A DNA stretch of 64,000 bases from Candidatus Limnocylindrus sp. (GTDB taxonomy: Bacteria; Chloroflexota; Limnocylindria; Limnocylindrales; Limnocylindraceae), in the NCBI GenBank assembly GCA_040397175.1, contig JBBAWM010000004.1, positions 11,586 through 75,585 on the forward strand, read 5' to 3'. Within the stretch, counting starts at the first letter, position 1. Each line of letters starts with the position of its first letter. Shown here one piece after another: positions 49,012-58,408 of the stretch. Under the pieces are notes generated by a model. That model saw nothing but the letters and a program-made list of their open reading frames with translations. It was not told the origin of the DNA and searched no databases. Made by a program: the position numbers and the translations under genes.

Positions 49012-49046
49012 AGGCGAAGCATAGCCCCGTGGCGTGCGGTCGGAGA

Positions 49047-49556
49047 CTACCCCTCCAGCCGATCGGCAAGATCGGGCATAGCGCGGAGCAAGGGGGTGTT
49101 CCGGCGCGGGGAACCATCGTCGGCGGGTATGCGCCCTCCGATCCAGATCCATGCGGCCGTCTCGTCAAGGAGTCGATCGGCAATGAGCACCGCACGCACG
49201 AGCGCCTCAATCAGATCACGCTCCGTCGCCTGATCAGCACGCAGCTCGATGCTGAGCACCGGTCGGCCATCTTCCGCAATGCCGAATTTCGCAAAGAGAT
49301 AGGTGTCGTTCCACTCCAAGAGACGGCGATATGCCTTGCGCAGACCATCACCGAGCGGTGGTGCCAGGTGCGCCCACACGACAAGGACGCCACCGGGGCG
49401 CGCATCGTGAATGAGTGAGAGGCGTAAGCCGCGCCGCCGCTCCCCGTCGAGCTCCAGGTCCCACACCGTCGCATCATCTCGCCGGTGTGGCGCGGGCACG
49501 GCAACGCCGTGGCGTTCAAGGAGTGCGGGGATAGATGCAACTTGAAGGAGCGCCAT
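49047..49556 (-). CDS. YbjN-like domain protein
   Basis: AYRRLLEWND...AKFGI.EDG pattern; sits between glgC and pncB. Confidence 0.65.
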   Translation of the reverse strand: MALLQVASIPALLERHGVAVPAPHRRDDATVWDLELDGERRRGLRLSLIHDARPGGVLVVWAHLAPPLGDGLRKAYRRLLEWNDTYLFAKFGIAEDGRPVLSIELRADQATERDLIEALVRAVLIADRLLDETAAWIWIGGRIPADDGSPRRNTPLLRAMPDLADRLEG

Positions 49557-49560
49557 GCCG

Positions 49561-50853
49561 CTACCGCGCCGCGCGGCGCTGGTTCCAGGTGCGACCAGCC
49601 TTGATCGTTGCGCCGGCCTTCACCCTGCCACCATCGGGCCAATCGCTCACGCTCGCCTCAGCGTCCACCAACACATTCCTGCCGACCGACGCGCCGTCAG
49701 GAACCTCAGCCTGCTTGCCAATCACGACAAGCCCCGTCGCGAGCAGTGCTGGGTTGGCACGGTTCGGCGCACCGGGTAGATCGCCAACCCCAACGTTCGC
49801 ATCGCGACCGATGCGAACCTCCTTGTCGATGATCGCGTGATCGATGACGGCACCTGGACCAATCACCGCATCGAACATCACGATGCTGTCGCGTACCACC
49901 GCCCCACGTCCAACGCGCACGCCGGGTGATAAGAGGCTTCGCTCCACGATCCCTTCAATGACACAGCCGTGCGAGACCATGGAGCGCTCCACGCGCGCGT
50001 CGGCACCGATCCGTGCCGGGGCCCGCTCCTCGGAACGGGTGAGGATCAGCCAATCACGCTCATAGAGGTCGAGCTCGGGCTTTGGGGCGAGGAGGGCCAT
50101 GTTTGCGTCGAAGTAGGCGGGGAGGGTCCCCACGTCTTGCCAGTACCCACGGAATCGGTGGGCCATCACCTTCGCGCCGCCCGCAACCATGGCGGGCAAC
50201 ACATCGGCTCCAAAATCGGGACGCGCCTCGTCAAGCCAGGCAGCTAAGGCATCAGCGGTGAAGGCATAGATCCCCATGCTCGCGAGTCGGCTCGTTGGCC
50301 GCTTCGGCTTCTCCTGGAACCCGGTGATTCGACTCCGAGCATCTACGTCAACGACGCCCATGCGACGCGCATCTTCAAGGCTCACCTCGCGCACGGAGAC
50401 GGTTACGTCAGCACCGCTTCGTCGGTGGGCGGCGATGAAGCGCTCGTAATCCATCTTGTAGATGTGGTCGCCGGCCAGCACCAGCACAGTCTCGGCACCG
50501 CTTGCCACTATCTCACGGAGGTTTTGCAGCACCGCATCGGCGGTACCGCTATACCAGTTGGCGGTGTTCCCTCGGCCAACCTGTGGCTGAAGCAAGCGCA
50601 CACCGCCAATGGTGCGGTCGAGATCCCACGGCCGCCCACGGCCGATATGGTCATTGAGCGAGCGGGGGTTGTACTGCGTGAGCACCAACACATCACCAAT
50701 GCCACTATTCACACAGTTCGAAAGCGCGAAGTCGATGATGCGATACTTGCCACCGAACGGAACTGCAGGCTTCGCACGAACTCCCGAGAGCACGCCGAGC
50801 CGGTTCCCCTCTCCGCCAGCAAGGATCACCGCGAGGGTACGCTCAGTACGCAG
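49561..50853 (-). CDS. glgC: Glucose-1-phosphate adenylyltransferase (start uncertain)
   Basis: VILAGG.G.RL, RAKPAVPFGGKYRIIDF, LAGDHIYKMDY and YWQDVGT motifs, plus hexapeptide repeats. Confidence 0.92.
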   Translation of the reverse strand: MRTERTLAVILAGGEGNRLGVLSGVRAKPAVPFGGKYRIIDFALSNCVNSGIGDVLVLTQYNPRSLNDHIGRGRPWDLDRTIGGVRLLQPQVGRGNTANWYSGTADAVLQNLREIVASGAETVLVLAGDHIYKMDYERFIAAHRRSGADVTVSVREVSLEDARRMGVVDVDARSRITGFQEKPKRPTSRLASMGIYAFTADALAAWLDEARPDFGADVLPAMVAGGAKVMAHRFRGYWQDVGTLPAYFDANMALLAPKPELDLYERDWLILTRSEERAPARIGADARVERSMVSHGCVIEGIVERSLLSPGVRVGRGAVVRDSIVMFDAVIGPGAVIDHAIIDKEVRIGRDANVGVGDLPGAPNRANPALLATGLVVIGKQAEVPDGASVGRNVLVDAEASVSDWPDGGRVKAGATIKAGRTWNQRRAAR

Positions 50854-52291
50854 AGCAGGCCCCCCCAGGCAGGTACCTCTGAATACAGACGTATTTACCG
50901 TTCTGCAAGAGTGAAAGATGCAGGTGGGGGCCGGTAACGTTCCCCGTCGACCCAACGAAGGCGATCAGCTGTCCTGCCGCCACGATGTCACCCACATTGA
51001 CGCGCCACTTCGGCTGACTGGAAACCTTCCCATCGCCGATGTGTCCGTAGATCGAGACCATGCTCTTCGAGTGGGCGATCCAGATCCAGGCGAGCGGGCG
51101 CATCCCCTTCCACACGACGCAGTAGCTACAGATGCCCGAGATCATCACCTTCCCTGCGGCTGCCGCATAGATGGGCGTGCCAGGCGCGGCCGAAATATCG
51201 ACCCCGTTATGAAGGTATGGGTACCCCTTTGGGCAGGTTGAGCTCTTCGGGTAGATTGGCCAACTCACGCAGCCAAACTTCTGCGAGATATACGGGCGAC
51301 TGCCACCAACCGGCTTTACAAAGCCAGATCCGTTATGCACGATTGGCCACGTCCAACCACCCGCATACACCGTCGGGAGCCCCGCGCCGAACTGACCCTT
51401 TAAGAGCGCGTTCACCGTCGCGGTAACCCGCGCCTCTTCCACCTTCAATGCCGCAACGGCGGCGGCGAGCTTCTTCTTGTCGGCAATCACCTTATCCATC
51501 GCCGCCTTCTGGGCTGCAATCGCCTTCTGCTGTGCGGCGATCGCGGCGGCGAGTCGCACCTTGGCGGCGTTCAATAGCGCTACCTGCTTGTCGAGGGCCG
51601 CCTTCTGCTTTGCCGCGGCAACGCGCAGTTTCTCTGTTTCGGCACGATTTGCACGAACCTGTTCTTCAATCGCGGCAAGTCGCGCCGCATCGCGACTGAT
51701 GCCATCCGCAAGCTTCACATCCTCCGCGCCAAGAGCGTTGAATCCGGCGATGTCGAGCAGGATGTCGGTGAAGCTCTGCCCAGAGAGCAGAATCCAAAGT
51801 GGTGGCGTTTGGTCGGCGATGTACGCCTCCCGAATGCGAGAGGCCAGGATCGCTTGGCGTGCGGCGAGGTCACGCGCTTTCGCCTCTTGCGCTGTTACGA
51901 GCCGACTGGTCTCGGTATCGAGCACGTTCACGGCGGCGTTGAGCTTATTTAGCCCAACCTGCGCCTGCTGCACAGCGGAGCTGAGCTGCGCAACTTGCGT
52001 GGTGATGCTCGAGAGGGTTGCCGTGTTTTTTGCCAGGGCTGCGCTGGTGGAGGCGAGCTGCGCGGTGAGGGCGCCCTGCTGGGCGATCAGTGCGTCGAGG
52101 GCCTTCTGTTGCGCCGCAAGTTGGGCCGCAAGCGCCTTCTGTTGGGCGAGGGCGTCGTCGAGGGGGTCTCCACGCACTGGTCCCGCCTGTGCCAAGCCGA
52201 GGCCGACGATCAGGAGAGGAATCGTTAGGAGGGCGCCCAATCGAGCGCGCCAAGTGCGTGCACGGTGCGCTGACGCAGGCGAGTGCTCCAT
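50843..52291 (-). CDS. Secreted coiled-coil M23 metallopeptidase (murein hydrolase)
   Basis: Signal/TM segment, long coiled coil, HNGVD, YGH and TGPHLH; GGAGGT RBS. Confidence 0.9.
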   Translation of the reverse strand: MEHSPASAHRARTWRARLGALLTIPLLIVGLGLAQAGPVRGDPLDDALAQQKALAAQLAAQQKALDALIAQQGALTAQLASTSAALAKNTATLSSITTQVAQLSSAVQQAQVGLNKLNAAVNVLDTETSRLVTAQEAKARDLAARQAILASRIREAYIADQTPPLWILLSGQSFTDILLDIAGFNALGAEDVKLADGISRDAARLAAIEEQVRANRAETEKLRVAAAKQKAALDKQVALLNAAKVRLAAAIAAQQKAIAAQKAAMDKVIADKKKLAAAVAALKVEEARVTATVNALLKGQFGAGLPTVYAGGWTWPIVHNGSGFVKPVGGSRPYISQKFGCVSWPIYPKSSTCPKGYPYLHNGVDISAAPGTPIYAAAAGKVMISGICSYCVVWKGMRPLAWIWIAHSKSMVSIYGHIGDGKVSSQPKWRVNVGDIVAAGQLIAFVGSTGNVTGPHLHLSLLQNGKYVCIQRYLPGGACSAY

Positions 52292-52331
52292 GGTTGACCT
52301 CCTCTCCTCCGCTACGGGAAGAGTATCAGCC

Positions 52332-53924
52332 TCAGCGACGGACGCCACCCCCCATGGCGAGCTCGACAAGTGAGGTGTGCGCCGCTCCCGTGGAGCCGCG
52401 ACCGGCGAACGAGGCGGCACTGCGGCGATAGGCGGTCCCCGCGATATCGAGATGTACCCACGGCACGGTCACGAACTCGCGCAGGAAGAGGCCGCTGCGG
52501 ATCAGCGACGCCTCGCGTGTCCCCGAATTCTGGAGGTCGGCCGACCAGGTCGACATGTTCTTCATGTAGGCCTCCGCTAGTGGATAGGGCCAATAGACCT
52601 CCCCTGCACGGCGTGCGGCAAGGTGGAACTCGTCAAGGAAGGGTGCGTCAGTGCCGCACGTCGCGGCAACCTCGCCGCCATACGCGGCATAGGCGATCCC
52701 GGTCAGCGTCGCCACATCAACAACATGCGTTGCGCCGAGCTCTCGTTCGGCGTAATGCAGCGCATCTCCGAGGATAAGGCGCCCCTCGGCATCAGTGTTC
52801 GTGATCTCGACACGCTTCCCGTTCAAGGCCGTAACCACATCGCCCGGTCGCGTAGCGTTTCCACCCGGCATGTTCTCGACGCACGCAGCGACCGCATGAA
52901 TTGGGCGACCGGGGTCGAGCTGCGCAATCGTGGCCGCAGCCTCAAGTACCGCAATGGCGCCGTTCTTGTCGTGCTTCATCTCTTCCATTTCGGCGGGTGG
53001 CTTCAGTGAGATGCCGCCCGTATCAAAGCAGACGCCCTTGCCGACCATGGTGAGACGTCGGCCGAGCGGATCCTTCGCGCCCGGCTTGCCACCTGACAAC
53101 ACCACAAGGCACGGCGGATTCTTGGAGCCTTTTCCAACGGCGATCAACATCCCGGCGCCCATGCGCTGCAACTGCGCCGCGGTGATGATGGTGGCGCGCA
53201 GACCAACGGCGCGTGCGCGATCCCGCGCCTCTTCGGCAATGCCGAGCGGTGGCATCTCGTTCGCCGGAAGGTTTGACCAGCGTCGCGTGCGCACGACACC
53301 ACTCGCGATGATTTCGGCGCGACGCGCGCCCTCGATTGCAGCGGCGAGATCTGTTCCAGCTGGAACGATGATCTCGAGCAGGGTGAGTGCGGCTGGTTGC
53401 GCCTCGATCACGCTCTTCCCGCCGATCCCTTCATGGAATGAACCGTCAATGACGCCGCGCACAATGAAGTCAACAGCGATGACTGCAGCATCACTCTGCT
53501 TTGCCGCAGTTGCGGAGAGGCCGGTGCCGAATGATGCGCCACCTTCGGCGCGGAGTGCCGGGGCGGTGCTGGTCAGCGCAGCAACAATGCCGGTGGCATC
53601 AATGGCGAGCCGTGTGACCTTGCGTCCTGCAAGTCGACGCGTTGCCGCCGACGCCCAGCGCTGCAGCTCCTGTCGACCGAAGTCGGCGCGTGCGCCTGCG
53701 CCTACTAAGAGAAGGTGATCTGCGGGGAGGCGGCCGGCGCTTGTCAGCGCGCAGCTGTAGCGGCTGCCCGTCCCCTCGCCGATCGCACGAAGCGCCGCGA
53801 TGCGTCCGCCGCTCTTGCTGTCAATCTCACGCAGGTACGGCGCGTCAAGTTGATCGCTAAAGACGGGCGCGACAAGAACGCCCGCCTTGGCCGCAGCGCT
53901 CTTGGCTGTGATGATGATCCGCAT
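52332..53924 (-). CDS. pepA: Leucyl aminopeptidase (M17)
   Basis: VGKGVCFDTGG, ENMP, NTDAEGRL and WVHLDIAG motifs. Confidence 0.93.
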   Translation of the reverse strand: MRIIITAKSAAAKAGVLVAPVFSDQLDAPYLREIDSKSGGRIAALRAIGEGTGSRYSCALTSAGRLPADHLLLVGAGARADFGRQELQRWASAATRRLAGRKVTRLAIDATGIVAALTSTAPALRAEGGASFGTGLSATAAKQSDAAVIAVDFIVRGVIDGSFHEGIGGKSVIEAQPAALTLLEIIVPAGTDLAAAIEGARRAEIIASGVVRTRRWSNLPANEMPPLGIAEEARDRARAVGLRATIITAAQLQRMGAGMLIAVGKGSKNPPCLVVLSGGKPGAKDPLGRRLTMVGKGVCFDTGGISLKPPAEMEEMKHDKNGAIAVLEAAATIAQLDPGRPIHAVAACVENMPGGNATRPGDVVTALNGKRVEITNTDAEGRLILGDALHYAERELGATHVVDVATLTGIAYAAYGGEVAATCGTDAPFLDEFHLAARRAGEVYWPYPLAEAYMKNMSTWSADLQNSGTREASLIRSGLFLREFVTVPWVHLDIAGTAYRRSAASFAGRGSTGAAHTSLVELAMGGGVRR

Positions 53925-53949
53925 CTGATCCTCCTCGCGCCCGCGACGC

Positions 53950-54882
53950 CTACTGCTTGCTGACCTTCCGCTTCAGGTAGCCGAGTCGGCCACCCATATC
54001 AACTGGAGCGAAGCCGAGCTCGCGCTCGACCGCGTCTGTTGCACCGATGTTATCGAGTGCCAACTGGCGCAACTGATCTGTTGCAACGGGGAACGGGAAG
54101 CGAATCGCCTCAGAGATGCGCGCCACGAGCGTGATCAGCGGCACCGGCATGGGGATGATGATGCGACGCTTCCCAAGGGCGCGCGCTACTTCACGCGTGA
54201 TCTCAGCGTACGTCCAATAGCGCGGCCCACCAAGCTCAAACGAGGCCTTGATGCTCCCCTTCGGCGCGTCGAGCACCTGCACGATGGCGCGGGCCACATC
54301 GCCGACCCAAATCGGCTGGAAGCGGCTCTTCCCGTCGCCTGGCACTGGCACCGCAGGTGCAGGAATCTTGACGAGCGCTGCGACGATGTTGAAGAAGCCA
54401 TCGCGCTCCCCCCAGATCAGGCTCGGCTTGAGGATCGTCCAGTCGAGTGTCGAAGCACGAACGAAGCCCTCACCGCGCGCCTTGGAGCTGGCGTAGTGCA
54501 GCTCTGGTCGCTCCTGTACGCCAAGTGCACCGAGATGGATGAATCGCTTGATGCCAGCGGCCTCGGCGGCCGCGACAATGGTGGCGGTACCGACGGCGTT
54601 GACACGCTCGAGATCGGCGCCGTCGTTCCAGTCACGTGGTAGCGCCACAAGGTGCACGACCGCGTCGCAGCCAATCAACGCCGCGTCGAGCGAGGCGCGG
54701 TCGTTCACTGTGCCAATCCTGGTTTCTAGTTTTCCTGGGGAGGCAGCCGCGCGCGCCAGCAACGCCGTTGCACGTGCATCGCTACGCACGAGCGCCGTAA
54801 CGGAGTGTCCGGCGCCCAGCAGTGCTGGCAGCACGTGACTCCCCACGAATCCCGTCGCCCCCGTGAGAAAGACTCGCGCCAT
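53950..54882 (-). CDS. NAD(P)-binding atypical SDR (NDUFA9-like epimerase family)
   Basis: TGATGFVG, Y..SK and FQPIWVGDVA motifs. Confidence 0.88.
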   Translation of the reverse strand: MARVFLTGATGFVGSHVLPALLGAGHSVTALVRSDARATALLARAAASPGKLETRIGTVNDRASLDAALIGCDAVVHLVALPRDWNDGADLERVNAVGTATIVAAAEAAGIKRFIHLGALGVQERPELHYASSKARGEGFVRASTLDWTILKPSLIWGERDGFFNIVAALVKIPAPAVPVPGDGKSRFQPIWVGDVARAIVQVLDAPKGSIKASFELGGPRYWTYAEITREVARALGKRRIIIPMPVPLITLVARISEAIRFPFPVATDQLRQLALDNIGATDAVERELGFAPVDMGGRLGYLKRKVSKQ

Positions 54883-54943
54883 AGACCCTCCCTGCTCGCT
54901 TCATCGGCCTCGTTGAGCCACCGCTCCACTCTATGATGCACCG

Positions 54944-55579
54944 ATGTTTGGCGCACTGCTCGCAGGGATGTTCGCAGGCTACGCAATCGCGGTCCCTGTT
55001 GGCGTGATCGCCGTGCTCATCATCGAGTCGGGAATGATTGGTGGCCTCCGCCGTGGCCTTGCCGCAGGCGCCGGCGCGGCGACCGTCGACCTCCTCTTCT
55101 GCTCGCTCGCGCTCGCCGTTGGCGGGCTCCTCAACCAGCTGCTTGCTGTGGCGTTAGCGCCACTCCAAGTCCTCTCCGGCGGGATTCTGATCTCCATCGG
55201 GGTGCGTGGGCTCCTCTCGCTCCGCGCCTCAAGCACCCGTGCTGACGCAGCTACCGACCCGCGGGTGCGCGGGAGCGCCCGGCAGCTCTACCTCCGCTTC
55301 ATCGCTCTCACCGCGATGAACCCTGCGACGGTCCTCTACTTCTTGGCGCTCGCGATCGGACTCCCCGGTCTCGGGAGTGATCCGATGAACGCCGTCGCCT
55401 TCACCGTTGGCGCGGCGGGGGCAAGCCTCTCGTGGCAACTCTTGTTGGGGGCGATCGGTGCAGCTGCCGGTCGCATCCTGCCGGAACGAGCGGTCACCGC
55501 AACGCGTATCGTCGGTCAGGTGCTGATCATTGGATTCGGCACGAGCATCGCCGTGGCGGCGTTGCGAAGCGTCGCTTAG
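54944..55579 (+). CDS. LysE-family translocator
   Basis: AVPVG, GLAAGAGAATVD and LTAMNPATVLYF; TATGAT 6 nt before ATG. Confidence 0.88.
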   Translation: MFGALLAGMFAGYAIAVPVGVIAVLIIESGMIGGLRRGLAAGAGAATVDLLFCSLALAVGGLLNQLLAVALAPLQVLSGGILISIGVRGLLSLRASSTRADAATDPRVRGSARQLYLRFIALTAMNPATVLYFLALAIGLPGLGSDPMNAVAFTVGAAGASLSWQLLLGAIGAAAGRILPERAVTATRIVGQVLIIGFGTSIAVAALRSVA

Positions 55580-56577
55580 CCGATCACCACGTTGCGCTCC
55601 GCAGCAAGATCGCTGCGCAGTGGGCGATCAATGAGCACGCGAATCCGATAGCGAAGCGATAGTTGCGCACCGTCGAAAACGGGTGGCGCATCCGTTGGGA
55701 TCTCGAAGGTGATGAGGCTCCCCTTCGCGAGGTCGCTCGTCTGCAGTTCTGCCGCGGCGATGCGCACTGGCGGCGCCATCTTCACATCCACATATAGTTC
55801 GACACGTGCGCCACGGCCGCCAGTTGCGCCCGGCCAACGAACGTTGACCCGCAACGGGCTGCCCGGAGCGATCGGTGGTGCCGGATCCACGTCAAGGGAG
55901 ACCTCGCCCTCCGACCATGGGCCCATCATCGCCGAGGGACCGAGTGAGACCACACCGGAGCGCAAGAGGTCTGGGTTCTGTAGAACGTTGACCACGGCGG
56001 CCACACGTTCGTCTGCACCCGCCGCGATATCCCACTCAACCTGGAGCGTCCACACGACCATGTAGACACCGATGTGCACCGAGGGTGGTCCAAGTTGTGG
56101 CGCGGGCGCAAGGATCTTGAGGTCGATCTCGTCGCCCAGAGCCAGCGCGACCGGCACGACGAATTCAGTTAATGGCACGTTGGCGAACTCGGTCGCAACG
56201 ACTTCGATCCAGGTCGTGGTCTGTTCCTGATCGCCCACCTTCTCCGTGAGTGATTGCGTGATCTCGCGCACCAGGTGGCCCTTTACCGAGACGCGCGTCC
56301 CGCGCGCCTTGATCTCCTTGGTCGCGCGCACGCGCAGGTGCGCTTGGATCTCGCCGCCAACAAGGCTTCCGGGTGTCACCTCAAGGGAGCCCGAGAGGGC
56401 ATCGGTACATGGGGTGAGGAGTTCCGCCCCTGTGAGGAATGCGAGGGGGTGTGCGCCGTCACGCGCCGCTAGTGTTTCGCCGTTAAGGCGGTCGAGCGGT
56501 GCTGGGAGCGACCCCGTCTTCCCTGCGTGGCGCTCCCGACCCGCTGCGCGCCAGAGGTCGAGGAAGCTACTCGCCAC
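55576..56577 (-). CDS. Hypothetical beta-rich protein, possibly arrestin/Spo0M-like
   Basis: Two beta-rich halves, each ending in a PP(S/V)...(W/Y).(L/I).V..D pattern; GTG start overlaps the HAD gene stop. Confidence 0.55.
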   Translation of the reverse strand: MASSFLDLWRAAGRERHAGKTGSLPAPLDRLNGETLAARDGAHPLAFLTGAELLTPCTDALSGSLEVTPGSLVGGEIQAHLRVRATKEIKARGTRVSVKGHLVREITQSLTEKVGDQEQTTTWIEVVATEFANVPLTEFVVPVALALGDEIDLKILAPAPQLGPPSVHIGVYMVVWTLQVEWDIAAGADERVAAVVNVLQNPDLLRSGVVSLGPSAMMGPWSEGEVSLDVDPAPPIAPGSPLRVNVRWPGATGGRGARVELYVDVKMAPPVRIAAAELQTSDLAKGSLITFEIPTDAPPVFDGAQLSLRYRIRVLIDRPLRSDLAAERNVVIG

Positions 56578-57409
56578 GGGTCGTGCCACTCGCAGTCGCA
56601 GCGGCAAGGATGTCGGCCATCTCCGTCGCATCGCGCGCAACCCACGTGGGCCGCTGCGCTTTCGGCAGGTCGTCAATTCGTACGGCACCAACGCCGGCGC
56701 CAACACCCGTCATCAACAGAATGGAGCGGCACCCAGCCGCATTCGCCGCAGCGATGTCGGTCGCTGGGGAGTCTCCGATCAAGATCGCGTCGCGAATGTC
56801 GCTCCCGTCAAGCGCCGCCGCTTGCCGCAGCAGGTCGGGGGCCGGCTTCCCAATCGCCGTCGCGCGCACACCGGTCGCCGCCTCAAGTGCCGCCACCGCC
56901 GCGCCCGTGCCCGGCACGAGGCGGCCAGGATCTGGATAGTTGGCGTCGCGATTCGGCACGATGAGTGGGGCACCGGCGCGCACCGCATCCGTGGCGACGG
57001 CAAGGTCGTGCCAATCGGACTCGCGATCAAGGCCCACCGTCACCGCATCAACCCCCCACACGGCGAGCGACTCTAGTCCATCAAACTCGGCGGTGCGGCA
57101 GGCGTCGAGCCCCGCGTCGCGCAGCTCGGCGGCGAGCCCCTCTGCCCCATAGACCAAGATGTGGCGATAGCCCGCATCAACAAAGTGCTGCGCGACGGCT
57201 GAGGCGGCGGTGATGATGCCGTGCGTTGAGAGGGGCGCACCACACGCCTCGATACGTGAGCGATACTCAACGCGGCGCAGGAAGCTGTTGTTGGTGACGT
57301 AGATCACGCGGTCGCCGCCGGCAACACGCTCGGTGAGGAGCGGGCCGACGCCAGGGACCGGCTCACTGCCGCGGTAGACAACCCCGTCAAGGTCAACACA
57401 AAGGAGCAT
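56567..57409 (-). CDS. HAD-IIA family hydrolase (NagD-like)
   Basis: DLDGVVY, VTNNS, IGKP, IGD...TDI and LLMTGV motifs. Confidence 0.92.
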   Translation of the reverse strand: MLLCVDLDGVVYRGSEPVPGVGPLLTERVAGGDRVIYVTNNSFLRRVEYRSRIEACGAPLSTHGIITAASAVAQHFVDAGYRHILVYGAEGLAAELRDAGLDACRTAEFDGLESLAVWGVDAVTVGLDRESDWHDLAVATDAVRAGAPLIVPNRDANYPDPGRLVPGTGAAVAALEAATGVRATAIGKPAPDLLRQAAALDGSDIRDAILIGDSPATDIAAANAAGCRSILLMTGVGAGVGAVRIDDLPKAQRPTWVARDATEMADILAAATASGTTRGE

Positions 57410-57415
57410 GAGGCG

Positions 57416-57919
57416 ATGGTAGATCAGGAGCGCGTTACCCTTCGCAACGCGAAGCGCCTGCTGGTGGACGGCAACAATCTCGTCGGTGGCCGGGATGAGG
57501 GGCGCCTCAACAACCTCGAGGCAACGCTGCGCCGGACCATTACCCCAGGGGTCGAAATCGAGGTCTTCCGTGATGGGGGTGCCCGCTCCGCCGACGACAA
57601 GATCGTCGAGGCGATCGGCGCACCAGATCCTGGCTCGGCCGACCGCATCGTTGTGATCACCGACGACCGTGGCCTCGCCGTACGATGCACCGCCCTCGGC
57701 ACCTCGGTCGTCAGCGCACGCTACTTCCGCGACGCCATCGGCGGCCCGCCGCGTGCCCCCCTCGCTGGAACGGGCGCACGCCCTCCAAGCATCGGCGGAA
57801 CCGGTCCGCGACGTGCGGCGCCGAGTAAAGATGAGGGCGACTCCGAACGACGCTGGCGACCGGGGCGCGGGGCGACCCAGAAACGCGGCCCCTCAACGCG
57901 TCCGCCGCGCCCCCGCTAG
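57416..57919 (+). CDS. NYN/YacP-like PIN-fold protein with a basic C-terminal tail
   Basis: LLVDGNNL, SADDKI and VITDDRGL acidic motifs. Confidence 0.75.
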   Translation: MVDQERVTLRNAKRLLVDGNNLVGGRDEGRLNNLEATLRRTITPGVEIEVFRDGGARSADDKIVEAIGAPDPGSADRIVVITDDRGLAVRCTALGTSVVSARYFRDAIGGPPRAPLAGTGARPPSIGGTGPRRAAPSKDEGDSERRWRPGRGATQKRGPSTRPPRPR

Positions 57920-57928
57920 GATCCAGTC

Positions 57929-58408
57929 ATGAGTGAGATCGCCGCGCGCATCGCCGAGTTCTTCGCCTGGCTCAGCACGATCGTCCCGGCGCTGATCACC
58001 CCGAACTGGGCGGCCCTCATCGGGCTCTTGCCCCTCTTTATCGCCCCGCTCGTACTCCTCTGGCTCGTCTCCACGGGTGGCATCTGGACGTTGGTCGGCC
58101 TCACCAAGCGCGGGGCACGCCTCAAGATCGGCACCCCGCTACCTACCCCAGCACCACTCGGCACGGACGGTCGACCGCACTTCCCCGCCGGGCGCCCGTA
58201 TGCGGCGAGCGAGGCGACCATCTATCCGAATGGGAGCACCCGCTCGCTTCGTGGTGAGCCGCTCTTGATCGCTTGCCCCAGCTGCCTCGCCGTGCGCGTG
58301 GCGGAACGCAGTACCTGCGATGCCTGCGGCCTCGAGCTGCGCGCCCGAACGCCGATCGCCGTGGAGCGACCCGCTGCACCGCCTCCTGGCGGCGCGGCCC
58401 GCGCGTAA
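57929..58408 (+). CDS. Membrane-anchored zinc-ribbon hypothetical protein
   Basis: N-terminal hydrophobic helices; CPSC-x10-CDAC; TAGGAT 6 nt before ATG. Confidence 0.75.
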   Translation: MSEIAARIAEFFAWLSTIVPALITPNWAALIGLLPLFIAPLVLLWLVSTGGIWTLVGLTKRGARLKIGTPLPTPAPLGTDGRPHFPAGRPYAASEATIYPNGSTRSLRGEPLLIACPSCLAVRVAERSTCDACGLELRARTPIAVERPAAPPPGGAARA

